From contig NW_005201231.1 in the NCBI RefSeq assembly GCF_000372725.1, forward strand, positions 1-64,000: 64,000 nt of DNA, written 5' to 3'. Source of the DNA: Emiliania huxleyi CCMP1516. Taxonomy: Eukaryota. Shown here in pieces: positions 23,978-35,919 of this stretch. Each line of letters opens with the position of its first letter. Position 1 is the first letter of the stretch. Made by a program: the position numbers and the translations under genes. A model generated the notes under the pieces. The model saw nothing but the letters and a program-made list of their open reading frames with translations. It was not told where the DNA came from and searched no databases.

Positions 23978-24739
23978 TTACCTTACCTTCTCGCCGGCGC
24001 CGCCCGTCCCGCGCATGCACACCAGCCGGTTGCCCAGCACCCACGAGACGGCCTCTCCGGCCGCCACCTCGAGGCCCATCTGCGGCGGCAGGTCCTGCCG
24101 CTCCACCCGAGAAAAGCCGAGGCCCTCGTACCAGCCGCAGGTCGGCTCCAGGGTGATCAGGTAGAGGTCGCGCCTCGCGCCGCCGCGCTGCACGTGCCGC
24201 GCGCACAGCCGGCGCACGAGCTCGCTCCCCACGCCGCGGCCACGCCACTGCTCGCCCACGTACACCGACGCCAGCTCCCACAGCGGCGCCGCCTCCGTCT
24301 CCGCCTGGCTCACCCGCGAACGCCGCCGCTCCCGCTGCACCGCCGCGCGCTGCGCGAGCTCTCTGTACCTGGCCGACCAGGGCAGCAGCGCGTCGAGCCC
24401 GCTCTCCGGCGCCGACGCGGCGTAGGCGCGGTCAAAGTCATCCCAAGCGTCATCATCGGCGGGCTGCCCAGCTTCGCCCGAGCCGGGCGGGGCGTCGAAT
24501 CGAGCCGGATCGGCCGCGTTGCTCTTGGCGAGCTGGCGTATCTGCCCAAAGCCAACCAGCGCACCCGATTCGGACTCGCGACAGACGAGGAATCGGTCTG
24601 CAGACAGGAAGAGCGGGTTCATCTTTTCGCGAAGCAGTCTTGTCGCAATCGGGAGCATGTCGCGCTGCTGGCCGAAGCGATACTCGAGGCGGCCCGCGAA
24701 CGCCGAGGGGAGTGCCGAGCAGAGGAGGAGGCGTAGCAT
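23978..24739 (-). CDS. GNAT-family N-acetyltransferase with an N-terminal signal/transit-like peptide
   Basis: LVGFGQIR, ELASVYVGEQWRGRGVGSELV (acetyl-CoA motif A) and LYLITL...WYEGLGF. Confidence 0.85.
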   Translation of the reverse strand: MLRLLLCSALPSAFAGRLEYRFGQQRDMLPIATRLLREKMNPLFLSADRFLVCRESESGALVGFGQIRQLAKSNAADPARFDAPPGSGEAGQPADDDAWDDFDRAYAASAPESGLDALLPWSARYRELAQRAAVQRERRRSRVSQAETEAAPLWELASVYVGEQWRGRGVGSELVRRLCARHVQRGGARRDLYLITLEPTCGWYEGLGFSRVERQDLPPQMGLEVAAGEAVSWVLGNRLVCMRGTGGAGEKVR

Positions 24740-25129
24740 GAGCTTGTGAGCCATCCACAAGATCTTCTCGGTGTGCGTGGGTGGGCCACGCCAAAAGTAA
24801 GTGCCGCCCAAACGCTCTGCGGACCGAGAGAAGCGTTCTTAGGGCTAGCAGTAGGCAGCTAGCCTGTGAGGAGGGCGTCCATAGACACCTCACTAGACCC
24901 CACACACAGTCTCGTCCGTGCCTCGCCGGCCCGCGAGATTGCTAGAGGTGGAGCAAGGCTGCTCTAGCCTCGCATGTACCATGTTACTCAGAGTACTTCC
25001 CGTTGTCTGTTGTTTGTTGTGCTTGTTTGTTCTCTTGGCACCGTGGAGTGCTGGGGGGGGGGCGACAGGGTGGCCTTGAGTTATGTGTACGCCAACTCAG
25101 GGTGTGTGGCAGCCAGCTGGCTGTCTGTG

Positions 25130-25220
25130 TGTCTTGTGAGCCTGTTTGTGTCTGTGTGTCGCTCGTGCGTGTCGTCATCATCTGTCTAGCGTCCACCCAT
25201 ACCGCGTTGGTGTCCAGTCC
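25130..25220. repeat. Dispersed repeat family (other copies about 4868-4902 and, inverted, 42460-42550)
   Basis: Shared gtcttgtgagcctgtttgtg.ctgtgtgtcgctcgt and cgtccacccataccgcgttggtgtcc. Confidence 0.65.
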
Positions 25221-25269
25221 GAGCCTGGCTGTTCTTCACCTTTCTGCCTACCTACCTACCGTTCTTGTC

Positions 25270-25582
25270 GGGTGCCTATATGGGCTTCCAGTATCGGACC
25301 TTCAAGACATGCGCTTTTGGCCGGTGGCCTCCTCGGACATGGTACCTCCGGTGAGATAGTTAGTGGCTGCCAGTTCGAGACTGGGGCCGATCGAACTTGC
25401 GTTGTCGGAGGAGGAATCCGGCCAGCACGGGTACAAAGAGGGGTACCCGGAGAATCCCCAGCTGCGGAAACGTAGTGTCGCTCAAGAGGTGCGATACTGC
25501 GGGGGAGTGTAGGGTGCCTATATCTGGGCTTCCAGTATCGGACCTTCAAGACATGCGCTTTTTTGGCCGGTGGCCTCCTCGG
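25270..25582 (+). repeat. ~68-bp direct repeat pair (25270-25337 and 25512-25582)
   Basis: gggtgcctatat..gggcttccagtatcggaccttcaagacatgcgctttt..ggccggtggcctcctcgga occurs twice. Confidence 0.85.
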
Positions 25583-25823
25583 AAGCTTAACCCCCCCCCC
25601 CCCCCCCTTAATACAGAGCAGCGTTTCGGCTCCACTGCCTCTCCTCCCTCGGCTCAACTGGACGCCATCGCCTCATCTCCGCTAATCTCTCCCCCTTTTT
25701 TGCGTCGGGAAACACCTGCACAGGCCACACAGCGCTGAGCGCGTGAGAGCCGCGTGAGCGACTGCTCCTATGCTGCTGAATCCTGAATGCTCGCTCCGCC
25801 CCGCCGCCCCCACCGGACAAACC

Positions 25824-26900
25824 CTTGAGCACTTGTGACTTGAGCACCGGATAGGGTCCGATTCCGCGTGGTACGGGTACGGGACCCCTCGATCGTCTCA
25901 CTCCTCGCGGGGGCATTCGTCCCTTGGACGCCACAACATGATCGGGCCCCTCTTTTGGTCATGGAACCCGTCAACGGTGCGAGAACTCACATCGAACGCG
26001 CTGCCCCACAAGACAACAGACTGAAGGCCGGTTTGGAGCGTGATCCTGCACAAAGGATTTATCCTCGCTGGAGAAGCAGCATTCTTGATAAGCATCCTTC
26101 GATGCTGGCGTGTTCGAGTCCAAAAACAAAAAGCGCGTAGTGGAAGTTGATGTACTCCACACCAACGCCCAACGGGTACATCAAGCTGCATTCGTAAAGA
26201 TCATCACCAGCTGACCAGTGCGGATGCTCTAACCCTTGGTTTGCGTTGTAGTAGCGTGCGAACGACTCCTCATGGCTCTGGAACATTTGTACATCTATCA
26301 TCTGAATAACAAACACGGTACAGGGTCGAGGTGCACGCTGCCGAAGCAGTGTCGTCCCCCCTCTCCCCGACGGCGATGGCGGCCCGATGGGCCGCCCTCC
26401 TCCACCCGCCCCCCCCGGTCCCCCACTACGGCCGCGGCGGTTTATGTGAGGAGCAGGTCGAGGGGAGAGGGAGGCGGCGGTGGTGCGGGGGGCACGGGTG
26501 GAAGGGGGCAGAGGTGACAGCACCAAACCCCCCCCACGGAGGTGGAGGGGAGGCGGGGAGGTGGGTGGGCGGAGGTGGAGATGGAGGGTGCAGCGTGGCG
26601 GTGCGGCGCTGCGGTGCGGCGCGGCGCAGAGGCGGTAGGGTTTTGGCCGTGGCGAAAACCACTGCCGCAGCAGTCGACGCCGCCGCCACAGCAGATACGA
26701 ATCACAAAAGAATTCGCGCGAGCGCAGGAACCAACAACAATCTCTAAACGCCAAAGTCCAGCAGCGTGCACACCGATCCTTCCTGTGTACCGCGTATTTG
26801 TTATGACCCCCCAATGAACACACCAGTGAGGGAGGGCGAGACGATCGAGGGGTCCCGTACCATGCGGAATCGACCCTATCCAGTGCTCAAGTGCTTAAGT
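25824..26900. mobile_element. Putative non-autonomous element bounded by ~70-80 bp imperfect inverted repeats
   Basis: Left end ttgagcaccggatagggtccgattccgcgtggtacggg...acccctcgatcgtctc is the reverse complement of the right end gagacgatcgaggggtcccgtaccatgcggaatcgaccctatccagtgctcaag. No clear TSD seen. Confidence 0.55.
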
Positions 26901-27756
26901 GCGCCAAAGTTGAAGAAAAAGTCGTCACGTTGGACGACCCGGGACATGGCGATGGACGACCGGCCCTCGCGGGCCGGCGTGGGTGGGGCGGCGCGCGAGC
27001 CGCGCGCTGGACCCGGGGGGTGGACGCTCGCTGCGTCCCCTCCTTCCCTAAACCTGCCGACCGGACCGCTTTTTGAGCAACTAGGTGTGGCCGCCGCGCG
27101 AGCGACGCTCCGAGATCGCCCGAGATAGCGCGGCGCGGCCCCGAGATCGCCCGAGATAGCGCGAGATCGCCCAAGATGGCGCGGACCCCGAACGAGGCAG
27201 CCGTACCTCGGCTGTGCGACAACCCCGCCTTGATGGTGTAGGCCGCGCGACTGTAGCTGTTCTGTGGCGCAGGAGCTTGGCAGGGCACAAAAATGCGTGG
27301 GCTTTTTCGGCTCTGAAGAGATACCCAACACACCACTTTGGGCCTGGCGCGTGGCGGACGGCGATACGTCCATCCACTGGGAAGTGATAAAACTGATATG
27401 AGAATTTTGCAACAAAACTCCAACACGACCCCTCTGCCCTCTCTAGGCACGGGACTGGCACACTAGGCACTAACTGGGATATGAGAATACTGGAGATATG
27501 AGGCTGAATCTGCCGATTCAATGCTAGCTACGGTACGTTCACATTACAACACGATCTCGCCCCCTGGGTTGTGCGAAACAACACACGTAGGCGTGGGGCT
27601 GGGGGGAATTCACACAGCTGTTGTTGGAAGTACACACTGTCGCGTCCTAGCACGGGGGGGTTCGAGGGGGATTGCCCGTACCCGTGATGGACCACTAGGT
27701 GTAACAGCAGCAACGTCAGTAACCTCGGCTCCTGCGCTCCTCGCCTCCTTCCCTGC

Positions 27757-29184
27757 TCACTGCCCCGGCGCCCACGCCTCGACCTTCTTGGGCAGCAGCT
27801 GGTTCGACAGGTCCTCTCCGTGGCCTAGGCAGCCGTGGCGGCCCTCGCCCCACGAGAAGAAGGCGCCGTCGGCGGTGAGGGCGAGGCTGTGCTGGTAACC
27901 AGCCGACACAGCGACGACGCGCTGCCCAGTGAAGGCCTCGATCTTCTTGGGCAGCATCTGCCGCTGCTCGTCGCCGTGGCCCAGCTGGCCGCAGACTCCA
28001 GCGCCCCAGCTCCAGACGGCGCCGCCGGAGGTGAGGGCGAGGCTGTGGCCGGTTCCCGCCGACGTAGCGACGACGCGCTGGTCAGCGAAGGCCTCGACCT
28101 TCTTGGGCAGCAGCTGGTCCTGCTCGTCGCCGTGGCCAAGCTGGCCAAAGCCTCCCCCACCCCAGCTCCAGACGCTGCCGTCGGCGGTGAGGGCGAGGCT
28201 ATGTTGCCACGCAGCCGCTATGGCCACGACGCGCTGGCCAGCCAAGGCCTCGACCTTCGTGGGCAGCAGTTGGTTCTCCTCGTCGCCGTGGCCCAACTGA
28301 CCAGAGGTTCCCCAGCCCCAGCTCCAGACGGCGCCGTCGGCGGTGAGGGCGAGGCTGTGAGCCACTCCAGCCGACACAGCGACAACGCTCCGCTCCGCAA
28401 AGGCCTCGACCTTCTTGGGCAGCGGCTGCTTCTCCTCGTCGCTGTGGCCCAGCTTGCCGTATTCTCCATCGCCCCAGCTCCAGACGACGCCGTTGCCGGT
28501 GAGGGCGAGGCTGTGCTCGAGTCCAGCCGAGACTGCGACGACGCTCTGGCCCGCAAAGGCCGCAATCTTCGTCGGCTGCCACTGGCCCTGATGGTCGCCG
28601 TGGCCCAGCGCGCCCAAGCCTCCCTGGCCCCAGCTCCAAACGGCGCCGCTGCTGGTGAGGGCGAGATCGTGGAATCCTCCAACCGCCACACTCACGGCGC
28701 GCTCACCACCCAGCGTGGAAGGGAGGCGGGTCGGCGTGTTGAGCCGCGTCACGCCCTCGCCGTGGCCGAGGAGTCCTGGGACGTGATGCGGCGCAGAGCC
28801 GCACGACGAGAGCCGCCCCTCGCCGTCGATGAAGACGCTGTGCTGTTGGCCTCCAGCCGCCCTCGCCGGCGGGTTGTATTCGCGCAGCAGTGCCACAAAG
28901 CACAGCCACCGCACGGCGCAGCTCTCGCCCTCTGGCTGCGCCGGCAGCTCGAAGCCGCGCTCTTGCGCCCACAAGCGGATGGCCTCCAGCGCAAGCGAGG
29001 CGTGAAAGAGCAGCGAGACGGCCGCGACGCGAGCGATGTCGGCGGGGTCGCAGCGAGAGAGGGCGCGCACGATGAGCTCCGTGGGGAGGTCGAGGAGGCG
29101 GGTGGGCGGCGGCGTATCTGGCGAGGGAGCGGCAGTGGAGGCGGGGGCGAGGCGGCGCGAGCGGCGACGCGGCGGGGTGGACAT
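27757..29184 (-). CDS. F-box-like plus RCC1-repeat protein (UVR8/HERC-type beta-propeller), intronless
   Basis: LLDLPTELIVRALSRCDPADIARVAAVSLLFH (F-box-like) followed by about 7 repeats of VSAG..HSLALTADGAVWSWG.G..GQLGHGD. Confidence 0.9.
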   Translation of the reverse strand: MSTPPRRRSRRLAPASTAAPSPDTPPPTRLLDLPTELIVRALSRCDPADIARVAAVSLLFHASLALEAIRLWAQERGFELPAQPEGESCAVRWLCFVALLREYNPPARAAGGQQHSVFIDGEGRLSSCGSAPHHVPGLLGHGEGVTRLNTPTRLPSTLGGERAVSVAVGGFHDLALTSSGAVWSWGQGGLGALGHGDHQGQWQPTKIAAFAGQSVVAVSAGLEHSLALTGNGVVWSWGDGEYGKLGHSDEEKQPLPKKVEAFAERSVVAVSAGVAHSLALTADGAVWSWGWGTSGQLGHGDEENQLLPTKVEALAGQRVVAIAAAWQHSLALTADGSVWSWGGGGFGQLGHGDEQDQLLPKKVEAFADQRVVATSAGTGHSLALTSGGAVWSWGAGVCGQLGHGDEQRQMLPKKIEAFTGQRVVAVSAGYQHSLALTADGAFFSWGEGRHGCLGHGEDLSNQLLPKKVEAWAPGQ

Positions 29185-29299
29185 CGCGAGGAAAAGAATT
29201 TTCCCGCGCGCACGACACGAGATTCACGCGACAGGCTTTACAACGCAAGGCGGTCGCACGACACTGGGCGTGTCCCTGATCGTCCTTACAAGATCCTGC

Positions 29300-29362
29300 T
29301 CGCGCAGGTGGGGACCCTGTCCTTCTCCCACCCCTTGTTTGGGTGTCCGTTTTATTTATTTA
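29300..29362 (+). repeat. Short element ending in (TTTA)n; an inverted copy lies at 30423-30488
   Basis: gcgcaggtggggaccctgtccttctcccacccc.....tttg..gtg.ccgttttatttattta is present in both orientations. Confidence 0.75.
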
Positions 29363-29739
29363 CTGGGCACGGGACTGGCGCGCGCTGGCACTAACAAGGC
29401 GCAGACGACGGCTTCCTTAGAAGCCGTCGTCCTCGCCGTAGAGGAAGTCGTCCCAAGGCGGATGATCGAATCCGCAAGCACCGTGGTGCTCGCCGAAACA
29501 ACCATCATCCCCCTCATCCAACTCCCACCGCTTCCGCTCCCGCCGCGCCCCCCGCTGGCGTCCCTGACGGGACTTCCCGCCCCCCCAGCCAGCGCCGCGC
29601 AGCAGCGCCACCAGGCAGGTCCTCGGTGAGCAGCAGATGCTGCCCAGCCCTCACCTGCTCCCGCCACCCCTCCGCCTCCCCAGCCCCGGCCGGGGTGGGG
29701 CGCGCGCGGGGGGCGGCGGGTGTGCGGGATGTCTGTGGG

Positions 29740-30210
29740 CCCGAGAGCGATATGCCATGTTGTGTTTCTTGCGTTTGTTTCATAACATCGAAGGCTAAGC
29801 TCAGAGAAAGTGCAAATCAAATCGGCGACGGCCGACGGCCCCCCCCAGAGCTGGCCCGAGCCCCGACATAGCCCCGATTGCGACGCCGCCATGCGCGCAA
29901 CGCTCGGCGCTTCTAGATGCGAGATGAAAGTGATGGCATTGAGTTCGAAGGCCTCTAGCGACTTCATCCACTCGCCGATAGAGGAGCCGCCCGCCTTGTC
30001 GATGTGATAGAAGGCACCGAAGGAAAGGGGAGGGCCGTATTGTGTTATTGTGCGCGCCTTGCATTCTGCCGACCGAGCCTTGTGCTTTTGCCTAAACTCT
30101 GAGCTCGATGGCGTGCACCATTTGCCTTCATTATGACGCGAGGTGTTCCAGGTGCAGGCGAGGAATTCCGATGCGGTGGAAGGATGCTGGAGAGGGCTTC
30201 CGATGAGCAT
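29740..30210 (-). pseudogene. Sulfotransferase-like fragment
   Basis: AFYHIDKAGGSSIGEWM resembles the 5'-PAPS-binding motif (F.HI.K.GG.S) of Sulfotransfer_2-type enzymes. The remainder is not recognisable. Confidence 0.45.
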
Positions 30211-30282
30211 GTGAGTGGTCCGGCGCAGCTGGCCCGCTGTTACGTTTTTTACGCGGCCGGCTTTAGCCTTTACGTCCCCCCC

Positions 30283-30316
<34 letters not shown>

Positions 30317-30635
30317 ACCTTAAAGTATACCGACGCGTCACACCAATCCTCGCTACCCAACGCGGCCAAAGGATATCCTCGAGAACCTCGAGAAAAAAGA
30401 AAGAAAGAAAACAGACAAACCATAAATAAATAAATAAAACGGGCACGCCAAACGAGGGGTGGGAGAAGGACAGGGTCCCCACCTGCGCACCAAGGGCGCC
30501 GCGCTTTCTTCAATTGATCCATTTGAGCATGCAGGCAGAGCTGTGGCCACCCGCGCCCGCTCGGCCCGGCTCACTCAAGGCACGAGCTCCTCGCTCACCG
30601 CCGCCCGCCGCCGACTCTCTCAGGTCGAGGTCGGT

Positions 30636-33600
30636 ATGCACTCGCCGCTGCCTCCGAAGAGCGGCGCGACGCCCGGCTCGCGGCGCCGCAAGGGCTCGCG
30701 GTCTCGCAAGAGCAACGAGAATGCCGCGCCGCGTGGCTCTAACGTCCCGACGCCCAACCGCTTCGGCTTCAAGAAGCGCCTCGGCTCCGTCGCCGCCACG
30801 CCGCCGGCGACGCTGGGCCAGCTCGACGAGGCGGCGCTCGCGGCGCCGGTGGACCTCGTCGGCCTCGCGGGCGGCGTGCTCGGCGACCTGGACGGCTACG
30901 CCAGGATCATCCGCACGCGGCCCGTCGCCAGCCAGTACGACTTCAAGGCGCGCATCAGCGAGATGACGGACATGCACAAGCAGGTCAAGGAGGCGCTCAA
31001 GGAGATGGTCAAGCGCGGTCGCGAGCTCGGCCCGCTCTTTGCGCCGGCGCAGGAGGAGATCAACGCGCGGCTCCTGTCGATGGCGTCCGACCTGGGCACC
31101 ATCCACGCGGCCCACGCGCGCAGCCATGCCGCGCTCGAGGCGGCGACCGCCCGCGGGGAGAGCCTCGACCACCTTTCCAAGGGGTTGCGCGCAGAGCTCG
31201 ACGCGACCAGTGCGTCCGAGGCGCGGCTCAAGCAGCGGAGTGCCGAGGAGGGGGTGCGCGCGGACGCCGCGGAGGCGTCGCTCGCCAGCTGCGAGGAGCA
31301 GCTCCGCACGATGACCGCTCTCGCGGAGGCGCGCAGCGCGGCCCGGCCAACACACACCACAACAGACCCGCACTAGCTCCCGTGCGCACACGCGCACGCA
31401 CCAGCTCCGCGCCGCCTATGGCCGTTCATGTGCGCAAGCCGTGATCTCGGCGCACAAGCCTCCCACCCCCCATCTGTCCCCGCCCCCACCTGCCCCCGCC
31501 CCCACCTGCCCCCGCCCCCACCTGTCCCCGCCCCGCAGGAGCGCGAGCAGCAGAGGGACGCGCAGGAGGAGGCGGCGGCGGGCGCGGCGCGGCGGGCGGA
31601 GGAGGCTGCGGAGGAGGCGGCGGCTGCGCAGGCGGCGCTTGAGGAGCGGTTGGCGACGGCATGCGCCGAGGCGGCCGACACGCAGGCCTGGCGCTTGCCC
31701 GCCTCTCCTCGCGCGCAGCGAGGAGCCTCTGCCGCGGAACCTTCTCGGCACTGTCGCCCTGCAGGCGAGGCTGCAGTCCGCGCTCGACGCGAGCACCGCG
31801 CGCGCCGCCGAGCTCGAGACGGCGCTGCGCTCGCTCGAGGCGGGGCACGGGACGCTGTCGGCGGCTCACGAAGAGCTCCGGGCAAGCAGCCTTAGATGCG
31901 GGAGCACGGCTCGGGCATCCGACTAGCCCTCGAGACGACGCGTATTCCGCTGTGCTCCGCTGCGCTCCGCTGTGCTCCGCTGTGCTCCGCTGTGCTCCGC
32001 TGTGCTCCGCTGTCCTCCGCTGTCCTCCGCTGTCCACCGCTGTGCTCCGCTGTGCTCCGCTGTGCTCCGCTGTGCTCCGCTGTGCTCCGCTGTGCTCCGC
32101 TGTGCACCGCTGTGCACCGCTGTGCTCCCCTGTGCTCCGCTGTGCTCCGCTGTGCTCCGCTGTGCTCCGCTGTGCTCCGCTGTGCTCCGCTGTGCTCCGC
32201 TGTGCTCCGCAGTATCCGCACCCTCTGTGTTCCTTGGGTGTTGAAGAGCTGCCATCTCACCACTCCCTCATTCTACTCCCTGCATTCTCACTACTCCCTG
32301 CATCCTCTCATTAGGCCGGCCATGCGGCGACGTGCGAGACGCTAGCGGTCGCCGAGGCGACGCTCACGCGCGTGCAGGCCGCGACGCCACTCCCTTCCCG
32401 CGCGCCCCGCACGTGCACACTTCGCCCGCACCCGCATCCAAAGCGCAACGATCTCGGCTGACCCCGGCTGATCTCGGCTGATCTCGGCTGATCTCGGCTG
32501 ATCTCGCAGGCGGAGCTCGAGTCCACCGCGACGCAGCTGGCGCAGAAGGACGCCGACCTGCGCGCCAGCATCACCTCCGTCATGCAGATCCAGGCTGACA
32601 ACGCCGCGCAGGTCAGGAACACACACCTCACCCACGCGCACTGGGCCTTGCACTTTGAATGCCGTGGGGCTCCTGTCGTCTAGACGTGGAGACGCGAGGG
32701 GCTGCCCGGCCCTTGCCCCACCACCTCGTGTGTGTGGAGAAGTTGAGCTTGCCTTACCTTACCTTACCTTACCTTAGGTCAAAAACGAGCGCGAGCGGGG
32801 TACGCGCCCCGAGCCTCTCCAGCCAGGCGGCGGCCTCGCGGCTCGCGAGGCCACACCGCGCCTCGGCGCCTGCGGCTAGGCGAGAAGCTGGAGGAGGAGG
32901 TGCGCGGGCTGCGGGAGACGCAGGGCCAGCTAATCGGCGACAACCAAGCGGCCGCACTCGAGGTGGAGCGGCAGCAGGCGTGTCACCAGCCACCAAAGCC
33001 TCAGCCACACCTCGGACAGGCCTCGGCCAGGCCTCGGCCAGGCCTCGGACAGGCCTCGGACAGGCCTCGGACAGGCCTCAGCTCGCTTGCAGCGCACCGC
33101 GCGCCGCCTCCGACGAGCCGCCTCCCCGCTGCGCCGCCGCCTCCTCCCCGCTGCGCCGCCGCCTCCTCCCCGCTGCGCCGCCGCCACTGCCCCGTTTCCC
33201 CCCGCTGAGCCGCCGCCACATCCGCCGCCGCCGCCGCGCTCCCCTTTTGCCCGGGCGGGGCCATCGGACTGCCGTGCCCCCCGCGCGCGCCCCGCGCCGC
33301 CAATTCAATTCATTTCAATTCGCCGCAGGGCGAAATCAACTCTCTCAACGGTCGGCTCGGCGAGTCTGCCTCGGCGCTGCAGCGGGCCGAGGCCGACCGC
33401 GACCTGAACGCGGCGCGGGCGGCGGAGCAGGCGGCGGCGCTGCAAACATAACCGATTCTTAACTTCGAGCCCCCCTCCGCGACTAGAGACAGAACCCGGA
33501 GATGCATACGTCAAAGGGGCTGCCCGCCCCCCGCCCCCCGCCCCCGGCCCCTGCCTTCGCACCCTCTCCTTGCGTGGTGTCCCCCGCTATGTGTCGCCGT

Positions 33601-35728
33601 CATCGAGGCACGCTATCCCGTCTAGGCGGCGGCGCTGCAGCTCAAGCAGTCCGAGCTGGACAAGGTGCAGTTGGCGGCTGTCAGTCTCTCCCCACACCCC
33701 GTACCTCAGTACCTCAGCTCGTGCTCAAGTAGCTGCAGTCCGAGCTGGAGAGAGCGTAGGGAGTCGCGTGCCACTCGAAGTGAGAGGTTGCCACTCTCTG
33801 GCTTGGCGGCTCGTCCTCATCCCGCCAGTCCGACCCCTCGCAGGTCGCCTCGGAGCTTGGCGAGACGCGCGAAGGCCTCGCGAGCGCCCGCGCGCTCCTC
33901 GACAGCCAGATCGGAGCACGGCGCAAAGTCAATTCGCGTAGCCACGGGGGGGGCCACTTTTGGGGGGGCCCCCCGAAAACCCCCCCCCCCCCCCCAAAGC
34001 CAGCCCCCTTGCCGGCCCCCTAAGGGCCCCCCCCCCCCCCCCCCTTTAACCCCTAACGCCGCCGATGCCAGCCCTTCCGCCACCCAGCCCTTCTGCCGTC
34101 ACCTCCGCCCCCTTCGCCTTTCGTAGGAGAGGCGGACGCTCGAGGTTGAGTACCGTTCGTACAAGGAGCACCATGGCTCGTCCAACGCGCAGCAGATGGA
34201 GGCTCAGCCCGCCCTCACTCTTACTTCCTCACCACAGCCCGCCCTCACTCTTCCTCCTCTCACCACAGCCCGCCCTCGCTCTTCCTCTTTTCACTACAGC
34301 CCGCCCTCACTCCTACCCTCCCCTCACCACTGCACGCCCTCACTCCCGCCCTCCCGCCGAGCTCGCCCGCTTCTATGGCCGTTGACTACGAGACGGCACT
34401 TGAGTGTGACTCTCGACGAACAGGCCATCACCGAGCTCAAGCTCACCGTCGACAACCTCTCGCGCCAAGTCGAGTCCAAGACGCAGGAGGTCGTCGTCAA
34501 GGAGACGCAGAGCGAGGCGCAGACGGCGTACATCGACTCGCTGCGCCAAAAGCTGCTTGACGCAGAGGCGCGCGCCGGAGAGGAAGCAACGAGGAGGAGG
34601 GACAGGCGGGGCGGGACAGGCGGGGGAGGGAGGCGCCGAGAGGGGTGGCGTCGAGAAGAGTGGCGGGGCGGCGAGCCACCGCCGCCCTCACTTCCTCTCA
34701 GCCCGCCGCCGCCGCCGCCGCCGCCGCCGCCCTGTTTTCCTCAAACCCCGCCGCCGCGGCCATCGCCGCCGCCTCTCTGCTCCAGCGGCAGCCGCAGCCC
34801 GCAGAAGAGCCTGTTCTGAGCGGCCCTTCTTCTCGCCGCGCAGGCGCAGCGTCGTGCGCTGCACAACGCCGTGCAGGAGCTCAAGGGCAATATCCGCGTC
34901 TTCTGCCGGCTGCGGCCGCCACCTGCCGACGAGCTGTCCGCGATCCAGCCGGTTGACTTGCCCTAGATGCTGCGGTGCACGCATCCCTGTCCTCCGAGCA
35001 GCACTCGAGACGCTCGATGCGGGCTGTACACGCATCCCTGACCCTCGAGCAGCACTCGAGACGACACGCCGCCACCTAGCTGGCCCCGCACAGCCCGTGT
35101 TTACTCACGCGCCGCTCCGAGGAGACCGCACGACAGCCGTAGTCGCGCCTCTGGTGACTCCGCCGCGTAGGTGGACGTCGGCCAGCTGCGCGTCTCGCAC
35201 GGCGCCGAGACGTACGACTTCAACTTCGACAAGGTCTTTCGGCCCGACACGACCCCTCCTGGAACCTTCCTGGAACCTTCCCTGGAACCTTTCATGGACC
35301 TTTCATGGAACCTTCCTGTAGGTCTTTCGGCCCGACACGACGCAACAGGCGCCGCCGCACACCTCCATGCCACGCAAAGCCACCACGCCCCAACGCAACT
35401 CCTCAACGCCACGCCGCTGCCCGCGGCGCACGCTGCGCACGCTGCGCGCACGCCGCAACACCACGCACGCACACACCACGCCCGGCTTACTCTGCGGCGC
35501 AGGCAGTCTTTGCCGAGGTGGACGGACTCGTCCAGTCGGCGCTCGACGGCTACAAGGCGCGATGCCCCCCCCCCCCCCCTTTCTTCCCTTCCCTTCCCTT
35601 CCCCCTCCCTTCCCTTCCCTTCCCTTCCCCCCAACAAGCACGCAGCGCACAAGACCTCTGACCCCAGGGCCTACAGGCGGCTGCCCTGATGCCTGCGTGT
35701 GTGTCCCTCGGGATCTCACGTCACAAGT

Positions 35729-35765
<37 letters not shown>

Positions 35766-35803
35766 CGCACACACACACACGCACACGCACACGCACACGC
35801 ACG

Positions 35804-35864
<61 letters not shown>

Positions 35865-35879
35865 AAACACACAAACACG

Positions 35880-35919
<40 letters not shown>

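Noticed and set aside
33940..34130. C/G homopolymer-rich stretch with a taaccctaa-like word suggesting telomere sequence
   Set aside because: No tandem telomeric array; it looks like low-quality intronic sequence.
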